Source of the DNA: Candidatus Scalindua sp.
GTDB lineage: Bacteria > Planctomycetota > Brocadiia > Brocadiales > Scalinduaceae
DNA length: 32,000 nt
Direction: 5' to 3'
Assembly (NCBI GenBank): GCA_031316235.1
Contig: JALDRA010000002.1
Coordinates: 74,066-106,065 of the forward strand
The notes beneath the pieces are model-generated. The model worked only from the letters and a program-made list of their open reading frames with translations, had not been told where the DNA came from and searched no databases. Of the stretch, positions 1-8,624 are shown piece after piece (within the stretch, counting starts at the first letter, position 1; every line of letters begins with the position of its first letter). Made by a program: the position numbers and the translations under genes.

Positions 1-100
1 TGAAGGCAAGAGAAGATATTAGCGTGCTTGAATATTTTTTTCTCATGTTTCTTGTAATAGTAGGGATTACGGTTATAATTCTCCGGTATTTAACATAAGC

Positions 101-202
101 AGTGTTTGAACGATAACTACCCATTCTGCGGCGTTGCTGCAATAATGGCGTAATCCTCACGTACCTGAGTACGCTCCGGTTACGTAATTATTTCGGACCT
201 TG
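101..202 (-). repeat. P-family palindromic element, partial copy
   Basis: agtgtttgaacgataactacccatt...acgtaattatttcggaccttgta aligns by eye with the reverse complement of the full copy at 25805-25953. It ends where MITE-A begins. Confidence 0.6.
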
Positions 203-204
203 TA

Positions 205-370
205 TACTAAAACCGATCTGGTTTTCGGTTTTACCCGTCCCCGCCAGAATGAGTATCACCTGCCGGAAATCAAATCCTGGTGAAGGTATCCCCGAACAAA
301 AAGCGTGCCGGGGACTTTACCCACTCAGTTTTTTTCCGGATTTTATCCGAAAACCATCATACGATGAGTA
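205..370 (-). mobile_element. MITE-A copy (long variant)
   Basis: Starts tactaaaaccgatctggttttcgg and ends ccgaaaaccatcatacgatgagta. Shares both ends and the ggtatcccc-gacaaaaagcg...ggactttac core with 13 other copies. No ORF of its own. Confidence 0.8.
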
Positions 371-438
371 TGTATGAAAGAGGAACATCCCGATTCTTTC
401 CTGAATTTATCTGTTGGTTCTCCTGCTCGAATTTTCGC

Positions 439-466
439 TTGACTTTTACACTAATTTATGTACATT
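439..466 (+). promoter_or_regulatory. candidate sigma-70 promoter for the ABC/hppA operon
   Basis: TTGACT (439-444), 16 nt, TACATT (461-466), about 100 nt upstream of the first ORF. Motif match only. Confidence 0.3.
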
Positions 467-567
467 TACTCCACATCGCCAAAAAAACACAGGATTAACG
501 AGTTTTATCGATTGTTACTTTATCGCCTGTGTGTACATACCACATGTGTTTTTCATAATTTTCAAAT

Positions 568-1473
568 TTGCTTATAAAGGGCTCGAATTCTTTGGATAAA
601 ACTTTAGCCATAAAGACAAAAAATTTGACCAAGGTATACAGGAGTTTTTTCGGCAGAAAAAAGGTACTGGCATTAGATAACTTGAACATAGAGGTCGAAG
701 TTGGTGAAATCTTTGGACTGCTCGGACCGAATGGCTCAGGGAAAACAACTACGATGAAACTCCTTCTGGGATTAATTTTCCCGACTAAGGGGAGCGCCTT
801 TCTCCTGGGAAAAGCAACAAATGATATAAAAACGAAAAGCAGAATCGGATTTCTCCCGGAAGAATCCTGCTTTTACCGGTTTTTGAATGCAGACGAAACT
901 CTTGATTTTTATGGACAACTGTTCAATATCCCTAAAAAAGAGCGAAAGATGAGGGCAAATAGACTCATCGAACTCGTTGGGCTGGAATTCGCCAGGAAAA
1001 GACCTTTGAGACAATATTCAAAGGGAATGTTGCGAAGAATAGGTATTGCACAGGCATTGATAAATGATCCCGACCTGGTTATTCTTGATGAACCAACGAG
1101 TGGACTCGATCCTATAGGTACAAAAGAGACCAAAGATATTATTTCGGAATTAAAAAAGCAGGGAAAAACAGTTCTCCTCTGCTCCCATCTTCTCTCAGAC
1201 GTTCAAGACGTATGTGATCGGATTGCGATCCTTGAAAAGGGCACATTGCAGATTTCAGGGACCATCGAAAATCTCCTTTGCCATAAAGACCTGGTAGAGA
1301 TACTGCTTCGTAATATATCCGATGAAACAATTGAAGAGATTAAATCGCTTATTACTGAAAAACGTGGTGAAATTGTATCAATAAAGCACCCTTCAAACAC
1401 CCTTGAAAATCTGTTTTTAAAAATAGTGCAGGAGCGAAGATCATCTTCCGGCACTATCGTCAACAGGCAGTAA
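568..1473 (+). CDS. ABC transporter ATP-binding protein
   Basis: Walker [13 protein letters not shown] signature [15 protein letters not shown], Walker [14 protein letters not shown]-loop CSHLL. The start is a TTG and uncertain; an alternative TTG lies near 592. Confidence 0.93.
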   Translation: MLIKGSNSLDKTLAIKTKNLTKVYRSFFGRKKVLALDNLNIEVEVGEIFGLLGPNGSGKTTTMKLLLGLIFPTKGSAFLLGKATNDIKTKSRIGFLPEESCFYRFLNADETLDFYGQLFNIPKKERKMRANRLIELVGLEFARKRPLRQYSKGMLRRIGIAQALINDPDLVILDEPTSGLDPIGTKETKDIISELKKQGKTVLLCSHLLSDVQDVCDRIAILEKGTLQISGTIENLLCHKDLVEILLRNISDETIEEIKSLITEKRGEIVSIKHPSNTLENLFLKIVQERRSSSGTIVNRQ

Positions 1474-1536
1474 AACAGAACGAACTGCCAATTTTTCATA
1501 GTACCACTATACGGCAAAAGCTGAAATAAGAATAAA

Positions 1537-1671
1537 TACTCATCTCATGCTGGATTTCGGAAAAAATCCGAAAAAAAACGGAGCGGGGAAAGTCCTCGAC
1601 GTCTTGTCCGGGGATACCACTAACAAGACTTTGGTTTTTAGAAAAATCTAAAAAACAGATCGGTTTTCGTA
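1537..1671 (+). mobile_element. MITE-A copy in the ABC ATPase-permease intergenic spacer
   Basis: tactcatctcatgctggatttcgg...cagatcggttttcgta, followed by TA. Same family as 8438-8573 and 26641-26776. Confidence 0.8.
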
Positions 1672-1721
1672 TATAACGTATATAATCTGAATATGTGCAC
1701 CACTATAAATAACTGAACTCC

Positions 1722-3011
1722 ATGCAACAAACGCTCGTTATAGCAAAGCAAACGTTTAAAGAAGCAGTTCGAAGCAAGATTCTGTACATTTTTATAGCGT
1801 TTGGACTGATTACCATTTTCTGCTCCGCATTTATGCCGGTTGTGAGCGGTGAAAAAATGAAAATTGTGGAATCGGTATGCCTGCGTTCAATCACCTTTTT
1901 TGGAATGCTGGCTGCGATGCTGCTCGCCTCATCTTCTATTCCATCGGACATAGAAGATAAAGTGCTCTGGACGATAACCACGAAACCTGTCAGTCAATAC
2001 AGCTTTATCCTTGGTAAAGTTACCGGCTTTGTGTATGTGATAGGGCTGTTAGTTTTGATATTGGGGTGTGCCAGTTATGTATTGATAAAGGTTATGGCAT
2101 CATTACAGACGGGTAGCGAGTACCAGGGTTTGACAGCACGGCAGATGTTTGAGCCGTCGCACCTGAAAATAACCGGAAAATCTGCAAAAAAGAGCGGAGA
2201 TGTTCATTGGATCGAAGGTGAGAAGGATGGTGCCTCATCCTGGTTCTTTACAGGATTAACGAATCATACCGCTTCTGATACCATTGAGATTGAGATAAAC
2301 ATGCTTGTAGAAAGCAGAAACAACCGCAGCAAAAAGATCCCCGCAAAGGTAAAGGTTGTTAACCACTATACGGGGGAATCGCACAAAGAAACGATAACGG
2401 TTTCAAATAATAAAGCTTCTGCCTTTCGCCTGGGCAGTTACACCCCGGGAAGAAGTGGAAATTTAACCATCGTGATCACACCGGAAAATTCCGGTGATTT
2501 TCTTGGAATGAGGTCTGAAAGTCTCAGACTCTTTCTCGGAAAAAAGAGTTTTGAATACAATTTCATCAAGGGGCTTACCGTTATTTCTGCCCAATTTATA
2601 TTAATGGTAGTAATTGCAACATTAGGGTCCACTTTTTTTTCCCTGCCCGTCAACATTCTTTTCTGTCTATTTATTTTCTTTTGTGGTAATATCACCGATT
2701 TCATGCATGACCTCTCAACGGTTATCAATATTACCGCTTCAGACGAACACAACCACGATCACGGAATATCGGCTGTTGTAAAAAAACCAGGCATCTTTGT
2801 AGTTTTCGTGAATAGTATTATCACAACACCATTGAAAACTTTAAGTTACATACTACCGAACTTCAAAAATTTCACTATTGAAAATTATTTTGTTGAAAGC
2901 ATCAACATTCCTGTTAAAAAAGTATTCTTCAGTTTGAGTTATATGTTCCTGTATATCATATTCTGTTTACCCATATCATTCATAGTCTTTAAAAAAAGGG
3001 AATTCGCTTGA
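1722..3011 (+). CDS. ABC-2-type transporter permease-like membrane protein with a large extracytoplasmic loop
   Basis: Hydrophobic segments at the N-terminus (aa ~20-130) and C-terminus (aa ~290-425) flank a ~150-aa hydrophilic region. Follows the ABC ATPase on the same strand. Family call is by architecture only. Confidence 0.7.
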   Translation: MQQTLVIAKQTFKEAVRSKILYIFIAFGLITIFCSAFMPVVSGEKMKIVESVCLRSITFFGMLAAMLLASSSIPSDIEDKVLWTITTKPVSQYSFILGKVTGFVYVIGLLVLILGCASYVLIKVMASLQTGSEYQGLTARQMFEPSHLKITGKSAKKSGDVHWIEGEKDGASSWFFTGLTNHTASDTIEIEINMLVESRNNRSKKIPAKVKVVNHYTGESHKETITVSNNKASAFRLGSYTPGRSGNLTIVITPENSGDFLGMRSESLRLFLGKKSFEYNFIKGLTVISAQFILMVVIATLGSTFFSLPVNILFCLFIFFCGNITDFMHDLSTVINITASDEHNHDHGISAVVKKPGIFVVFVNSIITTPLKTLSYILPNFKNFTIENYFVESINIPVKKVFFSLSYMFLYIIFCLPISFIVFKKREFA

Positions 3012-3020
3012 GATTTTTAC

Positions 3021-3854
3021 ATGAAAAAATACTCTTTGCCAAGGGTGGTGATTTCCATCACCATTATGATATCTTTGCTTTTTGGTCTCTCTTTCCTGCA
3101 AACTGAGATTCACTCTCTGAGAAGAGGAACACAGGGAGATTATTTAGATTTTGATCCGACAGAAACAATACCCATAACCCTTTTAGGCAGCTTCAGAGGA
3201 GTTCTTGTTGATTTCTTATGGATCAGGGGTATTGCAAGGCATCAGGAGAAAAAGTATTATGAACTGCTTGCCATAAACAACCTTATTGCAAAACTGCAAC
3301 CACATTTTCCATCTATCTGGATATTTCAAGCCTGGAACATGTGCTATAACATTGCCCACGAGTGGGAATCTCCAGAGGATAAGTGGAAATGGATCAGGGC
3401 AGGATTAGCATTCGCAGAGAAAGGCGCCGAGAAAAATCCTACAAAAGGTGAGTTGTTTTTCGAGATTGGATATATCTATTTTCACAAATTTGATGCAAAA
3501 ACAATCGAGTTTGCCGACTATTATCGAAAAAGACTCAAGGAAGATGAAAACAGGGACAATTATGAGCAGGCCTTGTACTGGGTAAGAAAATCGTTACAAT
3601 ACGGCCTGACAACTCATAATAGACTTGCGGTTGAAAGGACGTTGTGTTATATATTGTGGAGAGCGGCACTTCGAAACGAGAAAGAGGGCGATTTACCTGC
3701 AGCTCTGGACTACGCAGAAAGGGCACTGAAGGAATGGAAAGAGTATACCGTGAGAAATCCGGACGATCCTGACGAAAGAACGAACGAGATCATAGCAACT
3801 ATTACAAACAAAAATTTACAACTTAAACAACAGATTGAAAGGTACGAAAGATGA
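3021..3854 (+). CDS. membrane-anchored helical-repeat (TPR-like) protein, function unknown
   Basis: N-terminal hydrophobic anchor VVISITIMISLLFGLSFL followed by an alpha-helical, W/Y/E/K-rich body. Lies 10 nt after the permease stop, and its stop overlaps the hppA start (ATGA at 3851-3854). Confidence 0.7.
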   Translation: MKKYSLPRVVISITIMISLLFGLSFLQTEIHSLRRGTQGDYLDFDPTETIPITLLGSFRGVLVDFLWIRGIARHQEKKYYELLAINNLIAKLQPHFPSIWIFQAWNMCYNIAHEWESPEDKWKWIRAGLAFAEKGAEKNPTKGELFFEIGYIYFHKFDAKTIEFADYYRKRLKEDENRDNYEQALYWVRKSLQYGLTTHNRLAVERTLCYILWRAALRNEKEGDLPAALDYAERALKEWKEYTVRNPDDPDERTNEIIATITNKNLQLKQQIERYER

Positions 3855-6226
3855 TAAACATGCTTCAAAAACGGAAGCTCTTTTACGCGGTTTTGATTTT
3901 CTTTGTTATGGCATTCACAGCGCAGGGACTCTTACATGCTGCCTCTGCAAAGGAGTATTCAAAGAGGTTGGACCAAATGCAGCAGAACGTAACAAAAGAG
4001 GCCTCCAAAACCGACAGTGCCGGGTCAAAGTCAGCGGAGGGTGAATCCGGTTCAATCCCCCTGTTATGGTGGTTCGCACCGTTTGGAGCTCTTTGCGCAT
4101 TATTTTTTGTACGTAAATTTTACAAAGAAGTGATGGCTTTCCCTGAAGGCGACAAGAAAATGGTTGAAATAGCCGGGCATGTTCGCGATGGTGCCTATGC
4201 CTATCTCAAGCAGCAATACAAGGTTGTCTTCATATTTTTTGTATTTGTGTTCATTTTGCTGTTATTTATATCCTACGGATTAAAAGTTCAGTCTACGTTT
4301 GTACCATTTGCCTTTCTTACAAGTGGCTTTTTCTCAGGTCTTGCAGGTTTCCTGGGAATGAAAATCGCCACAAACGCAAGTTCGAGGACTACTGAAGGAG
4401 CAAAACAGTCATTGGATTTAGGCCTTCGAATAGCTTTCCGGAGTGGAGCCGTAATGGGTCTCATCGTTGTGGGTCTGGCCCTTTTAGACGTGTCCGTATG
4501 GTTCTACATACTTCGTCAATTTACCGACATTACCCTTACCGAAATGGCAGTAATACTCCCCTGCTTTGGAATGGGTGCCAGTTTACAGGCTCTTTTTGCC
4601 AGGGTAGGTGGCGGTATCTTTACAAAGGCTGCCGATGTTGGAGCTGACCTTGTGGGTAAGGTCGAAGCCAACATCCCGGAAGATGATCCAAGGAATCCGG
4701 CAACCATTGCTGACAATGTGGGAGACAATGTAGGAGACGTAGCCGGAATGGGTGCGGATCTGTATGAATCATATTATGCCTCAATTTTAGCCAGTGCAGC
4801 ACTGGGCGTCGCCTGTGGCCTCGGTATTGCGGGCCTTGTGTTGCCAATGTGTCTTGCGGGAATAGGCATTATCTTATCTATTTTGGGCATCCGGGTCATA
4901 AAAACAAAAGAGGGTGCATCACAAAAGGAGCTCTTGAAATCATTAGGAAAAGGGGTAAACTTGAGCTCGATCCTGATCCTGGTCACTTCTGCAATTATCA
5001 TAAAGTTTTTGCTTCCCGGCCACTTCGGCATTTGGGGTTCGATTGCCACGGGTTTGGTTGCCGGAATCATAATAGGAAAGGGTACAGAATATTTTACTTC
5101 AGCGGACCATGGCCCTACAAAAACTATTGCAAGTCATGCGAAAACCGGTGCTGCAACCCTCATCATTGATGGGGTAGCTACCGGAATGTTATCTACTGTT
5201 ATTCCTGTAAGTGCAATCGCAATTGCTATTATTTTGAGTTTTGCATTTGCAGGTGGCTTTTCAGATACGGCAATGGGGCTTTATGGAATCGGTGTTGCTG
5301 CAGTTGGAATGTTGTCAACACTTGGAATAACCTTGGCAACTGACGCCTACGGCCCTATTGCTGACAATGCCGGTGGTAATGCCGAGATGAGCGAACAGGA
5401 ACCGATTGTAAGAAAAAGAACTGACGCACTCGATTCACTGGGAAACACTACTGCTGCTACCGGAAAAGGGTTCGCGATTGGATCTGCTGCTCTTACTGCG
5501 ATGGCACTCCTGGCAATATATGTTGAAGAGGTAAAAATAGGGCTTGAACGAACAGGTTTACACGTAGTTGAGATTGCGGGACGTACCATAGACACCGCTT
5601 CTCTTCAGATAGGTGACCTGATGAATTACTATAATGTCACCCTCATGAATCCCAAGGTACTCGTCGGTCTCTTTCTCGGGGCAATGATATCATTTACCTT
5701 TTGTGCCCTGACAATGAAAGCTGTCGGCAGGGCTGCAGGAAAGATGGTAGAAGAGGTAAGAAGGCAGTTCAGAGAAATACCGGGAATTATGGACGGCTCG
5801 GGAAAGCCCGATTATGCTGCATGCGTTGCCATAAGCACAAAGGGTGCACAAAGAGAAATGATGATTCCCGCTCTCCTGGCCATGGTTTTCCCGATCGTTG
5901 TTGGCTTGATCCTGGGGGTAGCCGGGGTCATGGGTTTGTTAGCAGGCGGTTTAACAACAGGATTCCTCCTGGCTGTGTTCATGTCAAACGCTGGCGGTGC
6001 CTGGGACAATGCAAAGAAATATATTGAAACCGGGCAATTCGGCGGAAAAGGGTCAGAGGCACACAAAGCTTCTGTAGTTGGTGATACGGTTGGAGACCCT
6101 TTTAAGGATACATCAGGCCCCTCTTTAAACATCCTTATCAAGTTGATGGCTATGGTATCCGTAGTATTTGCAGGTTTAATAGTCAAGTTTTCACCAAAGA
6201 TTGGTGCTTTACTCCATATTAATTAA
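3851..6226 (+). CDS. hppA: membrane-bound pyrophosphate-energised cation pump (M-PPase), K+-dependent-type motif
   Basis: Motifs GGGIFTKAADVGADLVGKVE, DNVGDNVGDVAGMGADL, GNTTAATGKGFAIGSAAL (Ala rather than Lys after GNTT) and DTVGDPFKDTSGPSLNILIKL, with about 16 hydrophobic helices. Carries an extra ~70-aa N-terminal extension. Confidence 0.97.
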   Translation: MINMLQKRKLFYAVLIFFVMAFTAQGLLHAASAKEYSKRLDQMQQNVTKEASKTDSAGSKSAEGESGSIPLLWWFAPFGALCALFFVRKFYKEVMAFPEGDKKMVEIAGHVRDGAYAYLKQQYKVVFIFFVFVFILLLFISYGLKVQSTFVPFAFLTSGFFSGLAGFLGMKIATNASSRTTEGAKQSLDLGLRIAFRSGAVMGLIVVGLALLDVSVWFYILRQFTDITLTEMAVILPCFGMGASLQALFARVGGGIFTKAADVGADLVGKVEANIPEDDPRNPATIADNVGDNVGDVAGMGADLYESYYASILASAALGVACGLGIAGLVLPMCLAGIGIILSILGIRVIKTKEGASQKELLKSLGKGVNLSSILILVTSAIIIKFLLPGHFGIWGSIATGLVAGIIIGKGTEYFTSADHGPTKTIASHAKTGAATLIIDGVATGMLSTVIPVSAIAIAIILSFAFAGGFSDTAMGLYGIGVAAVGMLSTLGITLATDAYGPIADNAGGNAEMSEQEPIVRKRTDALDSLGNTTAATGKGFAIGSAALTAMALLAIYVEEVKIGLERTGLHVVEIAGRTIDTASLQIGDLMNYYNVTLMNPKVLVGLFLGAMISFTFCALTMKAVGRAAGKMVEEVRRQFREIPGIMDGSGKPDYAACVAISTKGAQREMMIPALLAMVFPIVVGLILGVAGVMGLLAGGLTTGFLLAVFMSNAGGAWDNAKKYIETGQFGGKGSEAHKASVVGDTVGDPFKDTSGPSLNILIKLMAMVSVVFAGLIVKFSPKIGALLHIN

Positions 6227-6293
6227 GTAATGTACAGAAACAGAAGTTCTTGTTTTTTTATTTATTATCAGGTGCTGTCTGCACACTATTACC

Positions 6294-6545
6294 ATGGACG
6301 ATGAATCAATTAAATTAACCAATGATGTACCATGTCCCAATTCAGACTGTCGATATGATCATCATTCAGAAGGTGCTAACTTCTGCATGCTTTGCGGCAC
6401 CTTGCTCTATCAGAGGTGCGGAGACTGTCTGTCGGCAAACCCTCAATATGCGAAGTTCTGCTACTATTGCGGTACAAGTTTGTTAGAACTCAGGGAAATG
6501 CAGGAGCATGATGAAGAAAGAGACGATGAGGATGATGACGTGTAG
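6294..6545 (+). CDS. double zinc-ribbon protein with an acidic C-terminal tail
   Basis: Cys pairs CPNSDC...CMLCG...CGDC...CYYCG. The tail is EHDEERDDEDDDV. Confidence 0.7.
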   Translation: MDDESIKLTNDVPCPNSDCRYDHHSEGANFCMLCGTLLYQRCGDCLSANPQYAKFCYYCGTSLLELREMQEHDEERDDEDDDV

Positions 6546-6575
6546 TCCTCTCGTCAGAAATAACTGTTTTATTAA

Positions 6576-6619
6576 CGCTGTCTGGTTCGACTAATTTTCA
6601 TAGTGCGGACCAGACAGCG
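6576..6619 (+). other. 11-bp perfect hairpin between the zinc-ribbon gene and rsfS
   Basis: cgctgtctggt (6576-6586) pairs with accagacagcg (6609-6619) around a 22-nt loop. No T-run follows. It covers the GTG that opens the rsfS ORF in the track. Confidence 0.6.
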
Positions 6620-7055
6620 CAACAATCGCACTATTTCCAGCAATTTACCCTGTTTATTCGTCATTGGCCAATGTGCTGGGGATACGATATTTTTAACAAT
6701 CAGGAGACTCCATACGTTAGATTCGAAAGATATAGCAATCACGTGTGCCAAAATTGCTGATCAAAAAAAGGCACAGAACATCATTGTACTCGATGTAAGC
6801 AAATTAACCTTTTTCACAAGATATTTTGTCATCTGTACGGGCATTAACCAGAGACAGCTTCATGCCATATCTGATGAAATGGCAAAAGAACTGAAGAAAC
6901 TCTCGGTTGAAAAGCTGAGTAGTGAAGGTTATCGGGAAGCAAAATGGATACTGCTGGACTTTGGTGATGTTGTGGTACATCTATTTGGAAAAGAAGAGCG
7001 GAACTACTACGAGTTAGAACTGCTCTGGGGAGACGCACCCAGGATTGAGTGGTAA
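6603..7055 (+). CDS. rsfS: ribosomal silencing factor RsfS (iojap family)
   Basis: NIIVLDVSKLTFFTRYFVICTGINQRQLHAISDEM...WILLDFGDVVVHLFGKEERNYYELELLWGDA. The conserved domain begins near 6717, and the true start upstream of it is uncertain. Confidence 0.9.
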   Translation: MRTRQRNNRTISSNLPCLFVIGQCAGDTIFLTIRRLHTLDSKDIAITCAKIADQKKAQNIIVLDVSKLTFFTRYFVICTGINQRQLHAISDEMAKELKKLSVEKLSSEGYREAKWILLDFGDVVVHLFGKEERNYYELELLWGDAPRIEW

Positions 7056-7252
7056 AACAATACCCTCTCCACCAACACTCCATTCACATTCTTTCGCAGA
7101 TTAAACAGATTTCACAGATAATGAATGCAGATTGAAGAGTGCAGAGTGAAACAGCGAATAAAAATAGTCCTAAACAATGTTTACTACAAACTTAAACATT
7201 TTTAAACTTAATCCATGTGTTTGCATGTTTGACCTTTGACCTTTCAGTTTTT

Positions 7253-7408
7253 AGCTTATCAGCTATGAGCCCTGAACCTCTGAACCTTGAACCCAGAACC
7301 TCTAAACGCTTAACCCTGAACCCAGTACCCAGAACCTCTGAACCCGGAACCCTGAACCTCTGAACCTCTGAACCCTGAACCCTGAACCCTGAACCTCTAA
7401 ACGCTTAC
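7253..7408 (+). repeat. heptamer/octamer tandem array (forward type)
   Basis: Run of tatcagc, tatgagc, cctgaac, ctctgaac, ccagaac and ctaaacg units. Cannot hold a reading frame. Ends 29 nt from the stop of the convergent protease gene. Confidence 0.9.
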
Positions 7409-7436
7409 CTATTAAGGTGCCAAGAGAGAAGGGCTT

Positions 7437-8093
7437 TCAGCTACCCAGATTCTGCTTATTCTTCAGCAGTTTTTCACATATTTTACAAAAGTCAGAACCT
7501 TTTTTATCCGTATCATCCAGAGTACTTGAAAAAAACATTACGCAATAGTCATTCCCACAGTGACGCAACCCATACGTGTGCCCAAGTTCGTGGACTGATT
7601 CTGTAATCACCCTTTGATTAAACAGAGTGATATCTGCAGGTAAATTATAGAACTCCTGTCGCAACCTGGTTAAGGAAATTATCGAAACCCGATTTTTTAA
7701 ATCTGCTTCCCCAAAGACAAAGGTAAGTTCAGGTACATACAGATCAACATCGACAACCCCTAAAACTCTCCCATAGTCAACCAGTTCCAATTCTTCCAAT
7801 TTTTTGAGAATTTTAGTTGAGCAGTACTGTTTTCGTCTCTTATGGTAGGCATAATCGAGATCATGAGACAAGATAAAGATATCGACTTTTTCATTGAGCA
7901 CGTCTTCAAGTATCACCTTCGCATAAAGCATGATTCGTTTATCTATAGTACCTATCTGCACCATGCATATTTTTTTTCTCATCTCTTTTTTCCTGGCATA
8001 ACTTGTTTCTATAAATATAACCCCTGCCAAAAGTAAACATATAAACACAACGAAAATCCTGCTTGAATATCTCATGGTAAAATTCATTAACAT
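7437..8093 (-). CDS. archaemetzincin-like zinc metallopeptidase with an N-terminal signal/anchor
   Basis: HELGHTYGLRHCGNDYCVMFFS...DFCKICEKL matches the archaemetzincin signature HExxHxxGxxHC-x4-CxM...CxxC. The N-terminus carries the hydrophobic IFVVFICLLLAGVIFIETSYA. Confidence 0.85.
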   Translation of the reverse strand: MLMNFTMRYSSRIFVVFICLLLAGVIFIETSYARKKEMRKKICMVQIGTIDKRIMLYAKVILEDVLNEKVDIFILSHDLDYAYHKRRKQYCSTKILKKLEELELVDYGRVLGVVDVDLYVPELTFVFGEADLKNRVSIISLTRLRQEFYNLPADITLFNQRVITESVHELGHTYGLRHCGNDYCVMFFSSTLDDTDKKGSDFCKICEKLLKNKQNLGS

Positions 8094-8169
8094 ACCTGGG
8101 GTATGAATCTAAAAACAGAAGCAGAAAAACCTGCCGATTTACGGATCAAGATCTGGATAAGATAAGTCC

Positions 8170-8191
8170 GGGGCCAGGGGCTGGGGCTGGG
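8170..8191 (+). other. G-quadruplex-type motif
   Basis: GGGGccaGGGGctGGGGctGGG: four G-runs (4,4,4,3) with 2-3-nt loops, about 80-100 bp upstream of the protease gene start. Confidence 0.5.
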
Positions 8192-8197
8192 TTTGTA

Positions 8198-8222
8198 TAC
8201 TCATATTGTAATGGTTTTTGTA
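8198..8222 (+). mobile_element. solo MITE-A terminal repeat
   Basis: tactcatattgtaatggtttttgta equals the left end of MITE-A without the body. Similar 25-bp solo ends lie at 11438-11462, 16664-16688, 24097-24122, 25664-25689, ~29326-29350 and 31821-31845. Confidence 0.6.
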
Positions 8223-8379
8223 TATCACGCCACGGCGCTAAGAACGCAAAGAATAAAAACATTTAAAATCTTTTATACTCAACTTTTTCTCCAAAATAGT
8301 AGACGCATCAACCACAACCATGCCTATTTCATTTTCTGGCGATCTCTGCGGCTTTGCGAGAAGCTATTTTTTTGATATA
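8223..8379 (-). pseudogene. GxxExxY-family gene remnant (internally deleted) with its conserved flanks
   Basis: The reverse complement reads tatatcaaaaaaatagcttctcgcaaagccgcagagatcgcc...atgaaataggcatggttgtggttgatgcg...tttattctttgcgttcttagcgccgtggcgtgata. The start encodes (M)..NEIG.VVVD, typical of GxxExxY N-termini, and the rest of the ORF is missing. Confidence 0.55.
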
Positions 8380-8437
8380 AAACAATTCAAGCAAACCCCT
8401 GCACTGAAATTCCAAAAACCATTTTGCAATGGGTATA

Positions 8438-8573
8438 TACTCATCTCATAATGGTTTTCGGATAAAATCCGAGATAAAATTGAGCGGGTACAAGTCCTCG
8501 ACACTTTTTGTCCGGGGATACCTTCACCAAGATCTGGTTTCCAGCAAAACCGAAAACCAGATCGGTTTTAGTA
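8438..8573 (+). mobile_element. MITE-A copy (136 bp), flanked by TA/TA
   Basis: tactcatctcataatggttttcggataaaatccgag...aaaaccgaaaaccagatcggttttagta, with TA at 8436-8437 and 8574-8575. Confidence 0.85.
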
Positions 8574-8624
8574 TACCTGAGGATAAGGGAATTATTACCG
8601 GAAAGCCCAGGCACGTATTTCCGT

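Noticed and set aside
280-599. Track ORFs 280-498 and 414-599, and likewise 8429-8638, 8441-8650, 20511-20750, 25969-26334 and 26028-26222
   Set aside because: They are translations of MITE-A, P-element, GxxExxY-flank or leader repeats. The same pseudo-peptides (for example SPDKKRRGLV..FYPKTII) recur wherever the repeat occurs, on either strand.
3915-6186. Antisense or alternative-frame ORFs within hppA (3915-4100, 4516-4728, 4620-4847, 4774-5070, 4849-5169, 5347-5595, 5701-6027, 5812-6186)
   Set aside because: They are fully contained in a very well supported CDS and have low-complexity Arg/Pro/Ala-rich translations typical of shadow frames.
6227-6265. Intrinsic terminator after hppA
   Set aside because: A T-run (6254-6264) is present, but the preceding aacag/cttgtt pairing is only ~5 bp with a bulge, which is too weak to call.
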